A DNA stretch of 63,988 bases, filler included, from Octopus bimaculoides (GCF_001194135.2; 5 parts of 5 records of this genome joined end to end with filler, not necessarily neighbours in it), one strand, 5' to 3'; numbered from the whole stretch's first letter, positions 38,292 through 52,406 are shown. Numbers and translations are program-made. Notes: generated by a model from the letters alone, not told the origin.

Positions 38292-38462
38292 AAAATGATT
38301 AGCGAAATTGACCCCAGTGCATGACTCATACTTATTCTATCGACCCCGAAAGGATAAAAGGCAGAGCCGACCTCGATGGAATTTGAACTTAGAACGTAGC
38401 AGCAGACAAAATTGCGTTAAACATTTCGCCCGGCGTGCTAGCGACCGTGCCAGCTCGCCTCT
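38292..38462 (-). mobile_element. SINE family A
   Basis: gaccccgaaaggataaaaggcagagccgacctcgatggaatttgaact...cccggcgtgctagcg. Confidence 0.85.
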
Positions 38463-38463
38463 T

Positions 38464-38509
<46 letters not shown>

Positions 38510-39013
38510 TGATGATGATGATAAATGAAATTAATGAGGCCACGTGACTGAATTGAACAAAAGAATACAAGGACAATACTAAGATCCCCCCATTGACATC
38601 GGGCCTTGAAGCAGGAGTTTTTTTATGTGTTCAACAAGTCACTTTCATTGGCGTTATTCATTAAATACGCTTGATTAAAACGGCCCACGTAAATAGCCTT
38701 ACTGCTATTGAAATCAAACTAAATCGCCATTGTTTCCGGCGTAAATATTGAAATCGCCTTTCAGAACAGAGGATTAAACGGAAGATAAAAACTATAACAA
38801 GCGAGAATGGTTGTAGGTGACTTAATCCTATAAACGCAACGTTGGACAATGTCGCTCTAAAGTATTGCTTATCGGGTAAATTTATTTACTGGATAAATTT
38901 ATACTATAAGCTTTCAGTATCACTTCTTTTATATGTCTCTCTACATACACTAACATATGTACACACTCACACGTACTTGTATATAGTTGTATAGTTATAT
39001 AAGTACATCTCTA

Positions 39014-39052
<39 letters not shown>

Positions 39053-40139
39053 NNNNNNNNNNNNNNNNNNNNNNNNNNNNNNNNNNNNNNNNNNNNNNNN
39101 NNNNNNNNNNNNNNNNNNNNNNNNNNNNNNNNNNNNNNNNNNNNNNNNNNNNNNNNNNNNNNNNNNNNNNNNNNNNNNNNNNNNNNNNNNNNNNNNNNNN
39201 NNNNNNNNNNNNNNNNNNNNNNNNNNNNNNNNNNNNNNNNNNNNNNNNNNNNNNNNNNNNNNNNNNNNNNNNNNNNNNNNNNNNNNNNNNNNNNNNNNNN
39301 NNNNNNNNNNNNNNNNNNNNNNNNNNNNNNNNNNNNNNNNNNNNNNNNNNNNNNNNNNNNNNNNNNNNNNNNNNNNNNNNNNNNNNNNNNNNNNNNNNNN
39401 NNNNNNNNNNNNNNNNNNNNNNNNNNNNNNNNNNNNNNNNNNNNNNNNNNNNNNNNNNNNNNNNNNNNNNNNNNNNNNNNNNNNNNNNNNNNNNNNNNNN
39501 NNNNNNNNNNNNNNNNNNNNNNNNNNNNNNNNNNNNNNNNNNNNNNNNNNNNNNNNNNNNNNNNNNNNNNNNNNNNNNNNNNNNNNNNNNNNATATATAT
39601 ATATATATATACATATATATACGCGAGCGAGAGGATTAGCAATTCAAACCTGAACTGATAACGAGAGCGAAATTTTAATGGAGCAAAGTAGGCAGGCAGA
39701 GGCAAGCAGGTGAGGTAGGTTGGGACTGGGATCTCGGGAGATTGAGTTGACTGGATAAATGGTTCCATCAGCAATCAGTTTTATGGCTTTTATGGGAAAT
39801 GAAAACGATCGATATATCGTTACATATCGATTTCTTTATTCCACTGGCGGCTCTTTTATTCGAAAAACATTGGATCTGGGTATATACAGAGTGGATTAAT
39901 TATTGTGCGACGACAATAATGTTTGTTATTCGTTTACTGATTCAACTCTGTCTCACATGTGAATTGCGATGAATTAACTGAGGCGTCGGAGTATCGTCTA
40001 TCATCTCTTTGTTTCAAACCCCAACCAGGGTATTTTTTCTTTGTCCCATTGGGTATCGAGGAACACACTGCAAACTACTTTTCAGTCATTGATGGATATG
40101 ATCCTTCTTATAATTATTAAAACTAATTTACGATCTCCT

Positions 40140-40320
40140 GCAGCCGTAGCTCTGTGCTAAGGAAATTGCTTCCCGATCACATGGGTGCAGGTTCAGTTTC
40201 AATAACTTGTGAGTGGATTTGGTAGACGGAAACTGAAAGAAGCCTGTTCTGTGTATATATATGTATGTATGTGTGTGTATATGTTCATGTGTGCGTTCGT
40301 CTGTGTTTGACCCTGTGCTT
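40140..40320 (+). mobile_element. SINE family B, deleted
   Basis: cttgtgagtggatttggtagacggaaactgaaagaagcc. Confidence 0.8.
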
Positions 40321-40439
40321 GTTTGTTTATATATATATANNNNNNNNNNNNNNNNNNNNNNNNNNNNNNNNNNNNNNNNNNNNTTAATTAATTAANNNNN
40401 NNNNNNNNNNNNNNNNNNNNNNNNNNNNNNNNNNNNNNN

Positions 40440-40473
<34 letters not shown>

Positions 40474-40560
40474 CACGAACACACACATATATTGGGAGGC
40501 ATGTAGATACGTACGTCTGCCTATGTTCGTGTTGGTGAATATATATGGGCGCACGCGGAC

Positions 40561-40598
<38 letters not shown>

Positions 40599-41206
40599 CT
40601 TCCTACGTGTTTTGTATGTCTGTCTGATATATGTGGTTGAAACAATTAAAAAAAATACCTGCCTATAGCAAGTATAGCAGCTGTTTATGATTTGTATGAT
40701 TCTCAGACTTATTTATACATTATCTCCCAGAACACCTGATATATATATACATACATACATACATACATATAGATATACATATGTATACGAATGTATATAT
40801 GTATATATATATGTATGTATATATATATATATGTATGTATATATGTGTATATATATATATATATATATGAGTGTGTGTAAATGCCCGTATATATACGTAT
40901 ATATATATACATATATATTTTATATATATATATATACATACATATTCGATAGCATGTATATACGTATATACATATACATATGTACGCTCATACTTGATGA
41001 CACGCAGAGAAACGCACTGAGACATTAGCGGAAAGACACGCGAGGAGTCACAATCATATACTTTGGTATTGATATCGATATTGACATATGTATATATTCC
41101 AGTGTGTATCAACATATATGAATATATTTACATATTTCAATGAATCAATGCATCTATAGTTGGTCTGATGCCTGCGTACACATAGCCATACGTACAATAT
41201 ATCCTC

Positions 41207-41262
<56 letters not shown>

Positions 41263-41618
41263 TTGTAGTTGTGTTCCGTTTTTCATATACATAATCTACA
41301 ATTTTATTTATTTTTCTATTGCTGAATGTTCGTTGCTAGGTGCGTTTGTCTTGGTGTTAGCTCACTGTCATAATATTTTTGGTTCATTTCCTGAACGCTG
41401 CATCACCTGTTACCTATGAGCAACATGACTTCACGACACTCCAGTCGTTGTAGGTTTAAATGTATACCAACGTTGTTATGGTGCATGCGTGCTCTTTGTT
41501 AACAAGTCCAATACTATTTGCTTTGAGGAATCAAGCCTGACCGTTGCGCAGTGTGTGCTTTGTAAGGGTATAGAGGAATGGATGCTAAATTAAGAAAACG
41601 TAATTCAACAATTAGCAT

Positions 41619-42025
41619 AGGCGCAGATATGGCTGTGTGAGAAGGGGCCTGCTTCACAATCACATAGTTTGGAGTTCAGTTCTATTGCGTGTCACCTTAT
41701 GTGACTTCCAATATCGCCCCTGGACGATGAAATTCTCGTAAGTAGATTTTATAGTCGAACGCTAAATGAAGCCTGTTGTCAATATATGTTTCTGTGAGTA
41801 CGGTTCTGTGTATGCCTGTATATATATGTATGTGTCTGTGTGTTTGTACATTCTCTCTAACCACTTGACGAATGGTGTCCTTTTGTTTATGTCCCCATGA
41901 TGTAGTGGTTCGGTAGAAGAGACGGGCAGAATAAGTAAAATGTCTCAATTTATTTCATTAAATTTCTTCAAGGAATTGCTCCAACAAGGCCGCAATCAAA
42001 TGACTGAAACAAGTACAAGATGAAA
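41619..42025 (+). mobile_element. Old, near full-length SINE family B
   Basis: aggcgcagatatggctgtgtg head through gcaatcaaatgactgaaacaagta tail. Confidence 0.75.
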
Positions 42026-43610
42026 GATAAAAGCGATGCAGAAAACAAAACAGTTTTGTTAGTAATTATTTTATCGGTGAAATAGAGTAATAAAGAACAT
42101 TTTTGCAAGACTTCTATCCCTTGCAAAACCTTGAGATTATCCAATGGAAAAAATAAATTCACATTTTGTAAAAATGTCAAACCAAATTAAGATCAAAAGA
42201 CTTTTATGTCTGCATGAGTGGTTTCATGAATATTGATCTTCGGAAATTAGCAAATACAGAGAATCTACATAAAGACAGACATGGAGGAGCCACGATCATC
42301 TTATAGGATATGGGTTTTCCCATACTCACAGATATAGCTAGGCTTGAAATGGTTTCCCATATTTTGACGATGAGATAATTAGAATTTAATTTGTGATCTT
42401 GGCGGAGCAAAAGTATAAGGCTCTTATTCTTGAAATAATCATCTGAGAAATCTTAGTATTGTATTTGAAATTAAACCAAAAGCTACATCAACGTTACTAT
42501 TTCCCCCATAAATGTTTTTCAAACGCGTATAATTTTCATCAAGCAACCAAAAATAATATGTATATACATAAATAATAAAATTATCATTCGTTTGAAAAGT
42601 TCTCATTTACTTTGATAGTTTCTTTTAAATATTTTTATTTGCTTAGTCATCTGAAGCACATCACGCCTCGGAGGAAACATCTGTCTGCGATTATTGAAAG
42701 AATAAACGGTAACTTCAGAAAAATATATTAACTCATAAATTTAATAAAGCAGGAAAAGAAAATTCAAATACCGTTCTTAAAAAAATGTTTCAAAACTACT
42801 TGAAGAGATCCGAAAATATATGCGTGTATTTAAGTTTATATATATATACATATAATATGTGTGTACTAATGTATATATATGTATACACTAATGCATACAT
42901 TTATGTGTGTGTATATATATAAATAATATATATATATATACTTTTATATATATATATATATACTCATATATGTATATATACATGTATTTATATGTACAAA
43001 GGACAAAAGTAAAGGATTAGAATTCCAGCTGAATACTTTTTAAGCACTCTGTAGGGATCAAATTTGGTTAACTAAATGAAAGCTATTGTAATCCATTTAG
43101 GCCGTAAATTTAGTTTCCTCTACCTTGCTGGTTTCTAAATCCGAAGAGGAAACACCTAATACATTTAGTATAATGTCGTAGAGTATAGTAGAAAAACGCA
43201 AAAGAACAGAGAATTATACAATATTTAATCAGCTTACTGATGTTTCGGATAGATCTGCTAATTTCGAAATTTTCCGATGCAGTAAACATGCATATTCATC
43301 GATCCTGTATGTTTTCTACAGAGAGGGGGGGAGGGAGAGAGAGGGAGAGAATTTTAACACCAGACCTTCCTTATCAAAACTTTACCTTACTGCTTGAAAT
43401 GGAGAAAATTTCCAGGCTGATGGATAGTAGTAATATTTGACCCGTTTCAGGAACACTTAGGAATTGTTTTTATCAGTTGATGATGATGGCATTGTAATTT
43501 GATACTTTGTTTTTTGAGTCTCACGCGTCAACTTGGAAAAATTTTATGGAAAAATTCCTACCCTTTGGACTAATACTGACCAATTCAAATACACACAGAA
43601 GTTCAATGTA

Positions 43611-43727
43611 CGAGGTAGTATCAAAAAGATCTCGGATTAGTTATGTTTAATAAAAAGTAACATATTTACATAAGTTTTAACGTCATCTCCTTCGAAATAG
43701 TCAGCAATACACGGGTCCCAGCGTTCC
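43611..43727 (+). mobile_element. Mariner-type MITE 5' fragment
   Basis: TA|CGAGGTAGTATCAAAAAGATCTCGGA. No right TIR found. Confidence 0.5.
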
Positions 43728-44917
43728 TATTATATAATTGTAAGTACATTTCCCCGTTGCTACAAAACAGTTAAACACTAAGGATTTTCTTAAGGATTGG
43801 TAATCTGATAGACATTTAGGATGACTTTAACAATTACATAACGTAGGAAAATTTCATATTTTTTTCTGTTGTCGATATTTAGTTTTCAGCTAGGAATTTT
43901 TCCTCTTAAAATAGGATACACTTGAAAATCACATATTTTTCCCTAATCGAACTAGATATTTTAATTTTAGTCTGTATAACTTTAGTTTGTCTCGTATTAC
44001 TATAATTCATATTATCATTATTACTCCAATTTTCCTTATTATCAGAATTTATCATTAATATTATTCCAATTATTATTATTTTTACTGATACTACTAACTT
44101 TATTACTACCTTTAAGTGTATTGGCTAAAAATATCCCTTAACTTGCAAGCATTATGCAATGCCATACTTTCAGCTAATCTCCTAGAGTAGGCAAACTTAA
44201 CAGTATGTCTGTTAAGTGGCATACCGAAATACTCGCTTGAGGTAGATTACATGGTATAATGCGCCATATAGGATAGAAGTAGCCATAGATATGTCAATAA
44301 CAATTGTCATGGCACTATAAAAGCATATAGAACACAATTAGCCATAGATATGACAGTCAAAGATTTCATGGCATTATAATGGCATTTCACACTATCAAGT
44401 TTATACGGTAGATTATTTAAATTTGACTATTCAACTGCTAGATTCATTGATGAAATTACAGCAGTGTACAATGCTTGAAAGTTATGAGGTTCTATGGAAA
44501 TGGATTTAGCAATCCACTTAATAATGGCAATAAAAATGGTAGTAGCAATGATGATAATAATAATAATGATAATAATAATAATAATAATAATAATAATAGA
44601 CATGATTTTTGAATGGATTAAAATTATTCTGAGAACTTTTATAGAAGCACAATTAAAGTTATTTATTCATGTTGCAAGATTTGACGCAATTAACCTTGTC
44701 AAATCTGAATAACATTCTACTATCAACAATACGGCCTGTTTCATGGAATAGCGTTGCAACAAACAATTATCTCTTCAAAAATAATTTAGTTAGAGAATCA
44801 TTAGACAATTTTACAAACGTTCTGCAAGATAATAATAGTGTGTATAAATATTACAACAGATCACTGAAAATAAATTTAAGATGTGTAATCATAAACATAT
44901 ACATTCTTTTAAACACC

Positions 44918-44951
<34 letters not shown>

Positions 44952-45167
44952 GACAAAAACCTTTCAGAATATTTACGTATTTATTTTTACTTGCTGAACG
45001 GATGCAGTCCTATCGCGTGGAAAATTAAACGGTTTATACTATAATGATATTACTATAAACTTCATAGTAATATCATTTTCGATAAATAACCGTTGTAAAC
45101 TATCGTTGATACAGAGATTGTCATTAATGTTAACACAATCTAATCTTATTGTATCCCCTCTAGAATG

Positions 45168-45330
45168 AGGACTATGTACTGCAATATTTTGGGATTTAAG
45201 ATCCCACAATTGTCTAACGCCTTGTCAAAACATCTGAGGGATCTTCATGGAGTAGGGGATAGATGTTTTCAAGAAACACTTGGACCTCCTGCTATCCAAG
45301 TCACCAATACCTGTCGTCAATCGGAAGTAC
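45168..45330 (+). mobile_element. CR1/L2-type LINE 3' relic (RT C-terminus, frameshifted)
   Basis: GFKIPQLSNALSKHLRDLHGVG / DVFKKHLDLLLSK fits the recalled pattern G-P-x-L-F-N-x-L-P-x-x-L-R...F-K-x-x-L-D-x-x-L. Confidence 0.6.
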
Positions 45331-45745
45331 TAGACTAAATCAGACACTAAGACACACACACGAATATATATATATATATATATANNNNNNNNNNNNNNNN
45401 NNNNNNNNNNNNNNNNNNNNNNNNNNNNNNNNNNNNNNNNNNNNNNNNNNNNNNNNNNNNNNNNNNNNNNNNNNNNNNNNNNNNNNNNNNNNNNNNNNNN
45501 NNNNNNNNNNNNNNNNNNNNNNNNNNNNNNNNNNNNNNNNNNNNNNNNNNNNNNNNNNNNNNNNNNNNNNNNNNNNNNNNNNNNNNNNNNNNNNNNNNNN
45601 NNNNNNNNNNNNNNNNNNNNNNNNNNNNNNNNNNNNNNNNNNNNNNNNNNNNNNNNNNNNNNNNNNNNNNNNNNNNNNNNNNNNNNNNNNNNNNNNNNNN
45701 NNNNNNNNNNNNNNNNNNNNNNNNNNNNNNNNNNNNNNNNNNNNN

Positions 45746-45823
<78 letters not shown>

Positions 45824-47477
45824 GAAACAGCTGTAGGTAGGAATATCTATGTATGAATTTGTCTTTAAAAAGATCTGTACGTAAATTTTTATCTATTTTC
45901 TTCATTTTCTTATTGAAAAATGTGTGTGAGTGTGTATATATATAGATAGATAGATATGTATTATGTATATATATATACATATGTTTATAAAATTTGTAAA
46001 TATTTATTTGTAAGGTGAAACAGTAGAATATCTTTATTTATGTGCTTGTATATATGCATGCGTATGTATGTATGAGCGATTATGTCTCTATTGGTTAGCA
46101 TCTTAGAGTATTTCTATATACAGAGTCCATGTTTTGCCGTTATATTTGTACAAATATAAGATCTCTCACCATTGTTGTATATTTTACTTTCTATAATGAT
46201 ATTTTTGGTGAAATTACTTCTAGAATATAATGTTTGTACATGATTAGTTTGAAATTTACTGACAGAAAAGTGTGTTAAGTGTACACAGACAGGAATAATA
46301 TCGTTCTTATTGTACATGACATAACACTCAATACATTTTCTCACGCACACGCACTCATACACGCACCCACATATACATACATACATACATACATACATNN
46401 NNNNNNNNNNNNNNNNNNNNNNNNNNNNNNNNNNNNNNNNNNNNNNNNNNNNNNNNNNNNNNNNNNNNNNNNNNNNNNNNNNNNNNNNNNNNNNNNNNNN
46501 NNNNNNNNNNNNNNNNNNNNNNNNNNNNNNNNNNNNNNNNNNNNNNNNNNNNNNNNNNNNNNNNNNNNNNNNNNNNNNNNNNNNNNNNNNNNNNNNNNNN
46601 NNNNNNNNNNNNNNNNNNNNNNNNNNNNNNNNNNNNNNNNNNNNNNNNNNNNNNNNNNNNNNNNNNNNNNNNNNNNNNNNNNNNNNNNNNNNNNNNNNNN
46701 NNNNNNNNNNNNNNNNNNNNNNNNNNNNNNNNNNNNNNNNNNNNNNNNNNNNNNNNNNNNNNNNNNNNNNNNNNNNNNNNNNNNNNNNNNNNNNNNNNNN
46801 NNNNNNNNNNNNNNNNNNNNNNNNNNNNNNNNNNNNNNNNNNNNNNNNNNNNNNNNNNNNNNNNNNNNNNNNNNNNNNNNNNNNNNNNNNNNNNNNNNNN
46901 NNNNNNNNNNNNNNNNNNNNNNNNNNNNNNNNNNNNNNNNNNNNNNNNNNNNNNNNNNNNNNNNNNNNNNNNNNNNNNNNNNNNNNNNNNNNNNNNNNNN
47001 NNNNNTATATATATATATATATATATATATACATACATAGATGCGTCACAGCCTGTATAAACTCAATAAACTGATAATATAATACTGTCTTATAGATAAT
47101 TTGATCCTCAAAGGTATACACAAATAAATATTAATATTATGTATGTGCATACATATACACACATAAATGAATCTACTCCTATATATATACACGTGAGTGT
47201 ATGTGTCTGTGTACACATACAGGTATGTATGTATGCATGTGTATATGTATGTATGTATGTATATACTTATACATGTGTATACTTTCTGCGTATGTGCGTT
47301 TGTGAGTAGCCTAGGGTATAGGTTTTAAAATATATAACTCTATTTTCAAATACTACGATCTCCGTTGTCTTATCATCTTATAACACTTACTCTCCGTTTC
47401 TGTCTGTCTCTCTCTATCTGTCTGACTTCGTGTCTTTCAGTCTGTCTGCCTGTTTATCTCTCTGTCTGACTGTCTCT

Positions 47478-47527
<50 letters not shown>

Positions 47528-47567
47528 ACTCTTAATGTCTCTTTTTGCCTGTGTATGCATGTGGTCA

Positions 47568-47624
<57 letters not shown>

Positions 47625-48395
47625 GTGCGTGTGTGTGTGTGCATGTATGTATATATATACATGTATATGTATGTATACATTTAATATACATGATACACAA
47701 TGCATTATATTTAAGCTCAAAGCACATAGCTTCAAATAATATCTTTACATCTTAACATCCAAAGGACAGTCATATGAATAATAACGGTAATAATAAGGAT
47801 AATGATGGTGATGATGATGATGATAATGACAATACTAGTGTGCAGCCATATATATGAATAAACACAAACATTTGCGTGATGTAACTATATATNNNNNNNN
47901 NNNNNNNNNNNNNNNNNNNNNNNNNNNNNNNNNNNNNNNNNNNNNNNNNNNNNNNNNNNNNNNNNNNNNNNNNNNNNNNNNNNNNNNNNNNNNNNNNNNN
48001 NNNNNTATATATATATATATATATCTGTTCATTCATTTCTATATGATTTTAAAAAATATTAAAATATGTTTATAAGACAAACGCTCAAGCAAGTTGGCAT
48101 AGAACTATTTATCTCCGTTTGTGTATGTTGAGACGTGTATATGTAAGTAAGAATATAGGCCTGTACGCAAATCGGAGAAAATTTTTTTATTATTGTTATT
48201 TTAGGTTTGTTCGGTACATAAATCATATATTTACTTACATATAAAACCCTTTTCAAAATTAGTTTTTATACCAATTCACATAAATGTCTGCCAACCATAC
48301 AGCATCCTTTGCTTTCGTATTTTTTATTGTTTTCTCCGTCTATTTATTTATCTATCTATATGTGTATATATATATATAATTCTATCTATCTATCC

Positions 48396-48473
<78 letters not shown>

Positions 48474-48488
48474 GTAGCTTATTATTTA

Positions 48489-48713
48489 CAGGTTGGACCA
48501 AAACAGTTGACATTTTATTTATAGCACCTTATTGATATTGGTTTGGCTGAGGTTGAGCCTTATTCTTCGTAGGAATTATCTGGATAACGGGGTGCTACCT
48601 GTAACCTTAGGTATCCAAAAATGTTCAACCGTCTTTCATGTACTTAGAACCTCACCCAAACTAATATCAATAAGGTACTATAAATAAAATGTCAACTGTT
48701 TTGGTCCAACCTG
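48489..48713. mobile_element. Young 225-bp Tc1/mariner-superfamily MITE, 66-bp TIRs, TA TSD
   Basis: TA|CAGGTTGGACCAAAACAGTTGACATTTTATTTATAG... with a matching right end; 3 mismatches in 66 bp. Confidence 0.92.
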
Positions 48714-48757
48714 TAAATATATATATATATAGATAGACAGACAGACAGACAGATAAA

Positions 48758-48813
<56 letters not shown>

Positions 48814-48832
48814 TATATATATATATATATAT

Positions 48833-48881
<49 letters not shown>

Positions 48882-49673
48882 GAGATATATAACTACATAC
48901 TGAGATTGTAAGAAGAACTATGGACCTGGTTTGAAATGCAATGATAAAGTACTCAATACCGAGTTATAGTGTGAAGTAGAGCAGAATAGTATTTACACAA
49001 ACCAGTGTCTGTGTGGCATACTATTCAGAGTACTCAATATACACACAGACGCACACAGACACACATGTAGACACAGACACACACAAATACACACAGAGTC
49101 ACACAAGTACACACACAAAGATACACACATACACATATATGCTGGTATACATGTGTTTGTGTGAACGGAATTGTATTCAAATGTAAACTCTGTATTCTTT
49201 GGTCTTCTAGAGGAAAAATTATGAAAGAAAAATAAAACAAAACAATATTATCATTAAAAAATATAAAGTTAAACAACAGAATAATGGAATATTATTACAA
49301 AACTAAATTTTCAACAAAATACTATCGAACTTATTGAACTGCTTATAATTAAATTGATAGAAAAAAAAAAATCTGATATAGAGTAATTTTATTTTCTCTA
49401 TGGCTAAAAAGTTAGATATGTTGAAGGAAGGAGGGAGATCAAGAAATAGAGATTGGGGTGAAAGAGAGAGAGGGGGCGAAAGAGAGGCAGAGAGAGACAG
49501 AGAGAAATTTAGAATTAGAAAGAAAGGGAGTTGTTGAGATGGAAGGTAGGAGTCGGGGGAGATGAGGTCGAGAAGTGAGAGGTAATGAGAAGCCATGGTG
49601 AGACGGAAACAGAGGTAGATAGAGATGTAGTAACTGATGGAGAGCGGAGATAGAGGGAAAGAGAAAAGGAGGA

Positions 49674-49706
<33 letters not shown>

Positions 49707-49840
49707 GAGGGGAGATACAGACAGAGAGACAGACAGACTAAGAGAGTGATGGATAATGGGAAAAGTACGAAAGGTTAGTGCGTGTGTGTATGTACGTATG
49801 TTTGTGTGTGTAAATATATATCTGTGTGTGTGTGTGTGTG

Positions 49841-49875
<35 letters not shown>

Positions 49876-50501
49876 ACATGCGCAGGCACGCGTGTTATAT
49901 ACATTGCGAATATACATCTGTATATATGATTATATGCATGTATGCGTGTGTACGTATTACCACTAATGCATATATGTATACACACATATATATGTATGCA
50001 TAACCANNNNNNNNNNNNNNNNNNNNNNNNNNNNNNNNNNNNNNNNNNNNNNNNNNNNNNNNNNNNNNNNNNNNNNNNNNNNNNNNNNNNNNNNNNNNNN
50101 NNNNNNNNNNNNNNNNNNNNNNNNNNNNNNNNNNNNNNNNNNNNNNNNNNNNNNNNNNNNNNNNNNNNNNNNNNNNNNNNNNNNNNNNNNNNNNNNNNNN
50201 NNNNNNNNNNNNNNNNNNNNNNNNNNNNNNNNNNNNNNNNNNNNNNNNNNNNNNNNNNNNNNNNNNNNNNNNNNNNNNNNNNNNNNNNNNNNNNNNNNNN
50301 NNNNNNNNNNNNNNNNNNNNNNNNNNNNNNNNNNNNNNNNNNNNNNNNNNNNNNNNNNNNNNNNNNNNNNNNNACATATATATATGCACACACTGGAAAA
50401 GATAGTCAGATGGAGATAAAGTCAATGCAATACATAACATCGACAACAGCAAAACAACAACAACAACAACAACAACAACAAAAGTAACTACGATGACGAC
50501 G

Positions 50502-50537
<36 letters not shown>

Positions 50538-51121
50538 CCGTTAGTGTTGATGTTGTTTGCTAAAAGCTATGAGAAAGATTTCAATCAAGTTAGCATTAAT
50601 AAAACTACAATAGAAACGAAGTAATTAGAGAGAATATAGAAAAAAAAAAGACAAAACAAAAGTGGAAAATAAAAATTACAACAACAGGAATAAAATAACC
50701 AAAAAACCAAAGTGAATTTGCCGGAGGTGGAACGAAGCAGATAATGAAATTATGCAATTACATTGGTTAATATTGAATCGAAGAATCACGGGTGGTGGAA
50801 TGGGGAAGAGCTTGAACAAGGGTAGTGTCAGCAACTGCAGTATAGAGAACTCGATGTTTTACAAGTAATTTCAGTGATGGCTTTACATTTTTGGCTGTCG
50901 TTTTTGCCCTTGTTTTCGTCGTCGTCATCGTTAGCGTTGTCATTGCTGTTGCTGTTGTTTTTGTCTAACCTGTTTCGTTCATATTGAAGAACCATATGAT
51001 CAAATATGTTTGGTTCACGACCATGTATCATCATAATTTTCCCGTTTGTTTTTGTGAGTTATTTTTTCCCTCTTTCTTAAGGTGTTAAGATGTGTTATAT
51101 GCACTTTATGCTTAATCTATT

Positions 51122-51630
51122 GTTTTAGTCGTTGGACTGTGGCTATGCTAGGGTATCGATGGAAGGGAGTGGCTTTACTTGCACATATCAGTCTCATTCA
51201 TCGACCCGCTTAGGGAGATCTAAAGAATCCAACGTTGGTTGTCAAGGACTGGGGACAAACACAACACAGACTGCGTGGCACCTTGGGCAAGTGTCTTCTA
51301 CTATAGCCTCGGGCCGACCAAAGCCTTGTGAGTGGATTTGTTAGACGGAAACTGAAAGAAGCCCGTCGTATATATGTATATGTATGTATATATGTGTTTT
51401 TGTGTGTCTGTGTTTGTCCCTCCCCCCCCAACATCACTTGACATTGATGCTGGTGAGTTTACGTCCCCCGTAACTTAGCGGTTCGGCAGAAAGAGACCGA
51501 TAGAATAAGTACTAGGCATCCAAAGAATAAGTCCTGGGGTCGATTTGCTCGACTAAAGGTGGTGCTCCAGCATGATCACAGTCAAATGACTGAAACAAGT
51601 AAAAGAGTAACAGAGGAAAAGAGTAAAGAG
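51122..51630. mobile_element. Inverted pair of SINE family B copies, both head-truncated (minus 51122-51268; plus 51272-51630)
   Basis: Tail in minus orientation joined directly to ctgcgtggcaccttgggcaagtgtc...gaaacaagtaaaagag in plus orientation. Confidence 0.85.
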
Positions 51631-51683
51631 TAAAGAATGAATATATAAAACTGATGTTGAGTTACAGTTTTAGATGAGAACAG

Positions 51684-51720
51684 AAGAGTAACGTTTCGAG
51701 CATGGCTCTTCGTCGGAAAG
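51684..51720 (-). ncRNA. Degenerate hammerhead-like core with U4C and an extra A
   Basis: Minus strand CCGACGA-A-GAGC(CAT)GCTC-GAAA-CGTT. Stem II is a perfect 4 bp; no stem I partner was found. Confidence 0.35.
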
Positions 51721-52096
51721 AGGATTGAAGTAGCTACGGATATATACGAATATAAATATAAGTTTATATACATACATACCACACATACTCATTACACACT
51801 ACATATATACATATACACATAGAACGCAGCTACATATATACGCAAAACTGACGTAGACATATTTATGTATATGTTATGGGTGTGTAGGTAAGTGTGTTCG
51901 GGGAGAATGGCAGAGATGAACTCAAAGAAGAAAAGATTAAGAAAAAGAAAACCTCGACATCACCAGAAAAGATATTAACAAATTGCTGTAAAGAAAATAG
52001 TTTAAACAATGAGTTAAAGATAATGTTTAGAACAGTAGGTATGAGAAAGACAATAAGAGAGATAGAGAGACATTTTGATAGATAACGTACAGAAAG

Positions 52097-52178
<82 letters not shown>

Positions 52179-52343
52179 NNNNNNNNNNNNNNNNNNNNNN
52201 NNNNNNNNNNNNNNNNNNNGAGAGAGAGAGGAGGTTTGAGAGGCAGAGTCAAAAGAGAGAGTGTGTGAGAGGATGACATTGTTAATAATACATTATGAAT
52301 CAGAGACAAGCATGGACAAGAGAGTGGTAGAATGAAAAGGAGA

Positions 52344-52406
<63 letters not shown>

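Noticed and set aside
40992-41020. TTGATGA-CACGCAGA-GAAA as a hammerhead
   Set aside because: The core is altered and no stems form.
44669-45028. 119-aa plus-strand ORF resembling an LRR
   Set aside because: Asn/Leu/Ile/Lys-rich composition typical of AT-rich non-coding DNA; no LxxLxLxxN periodicity; ends in a poly-A run.
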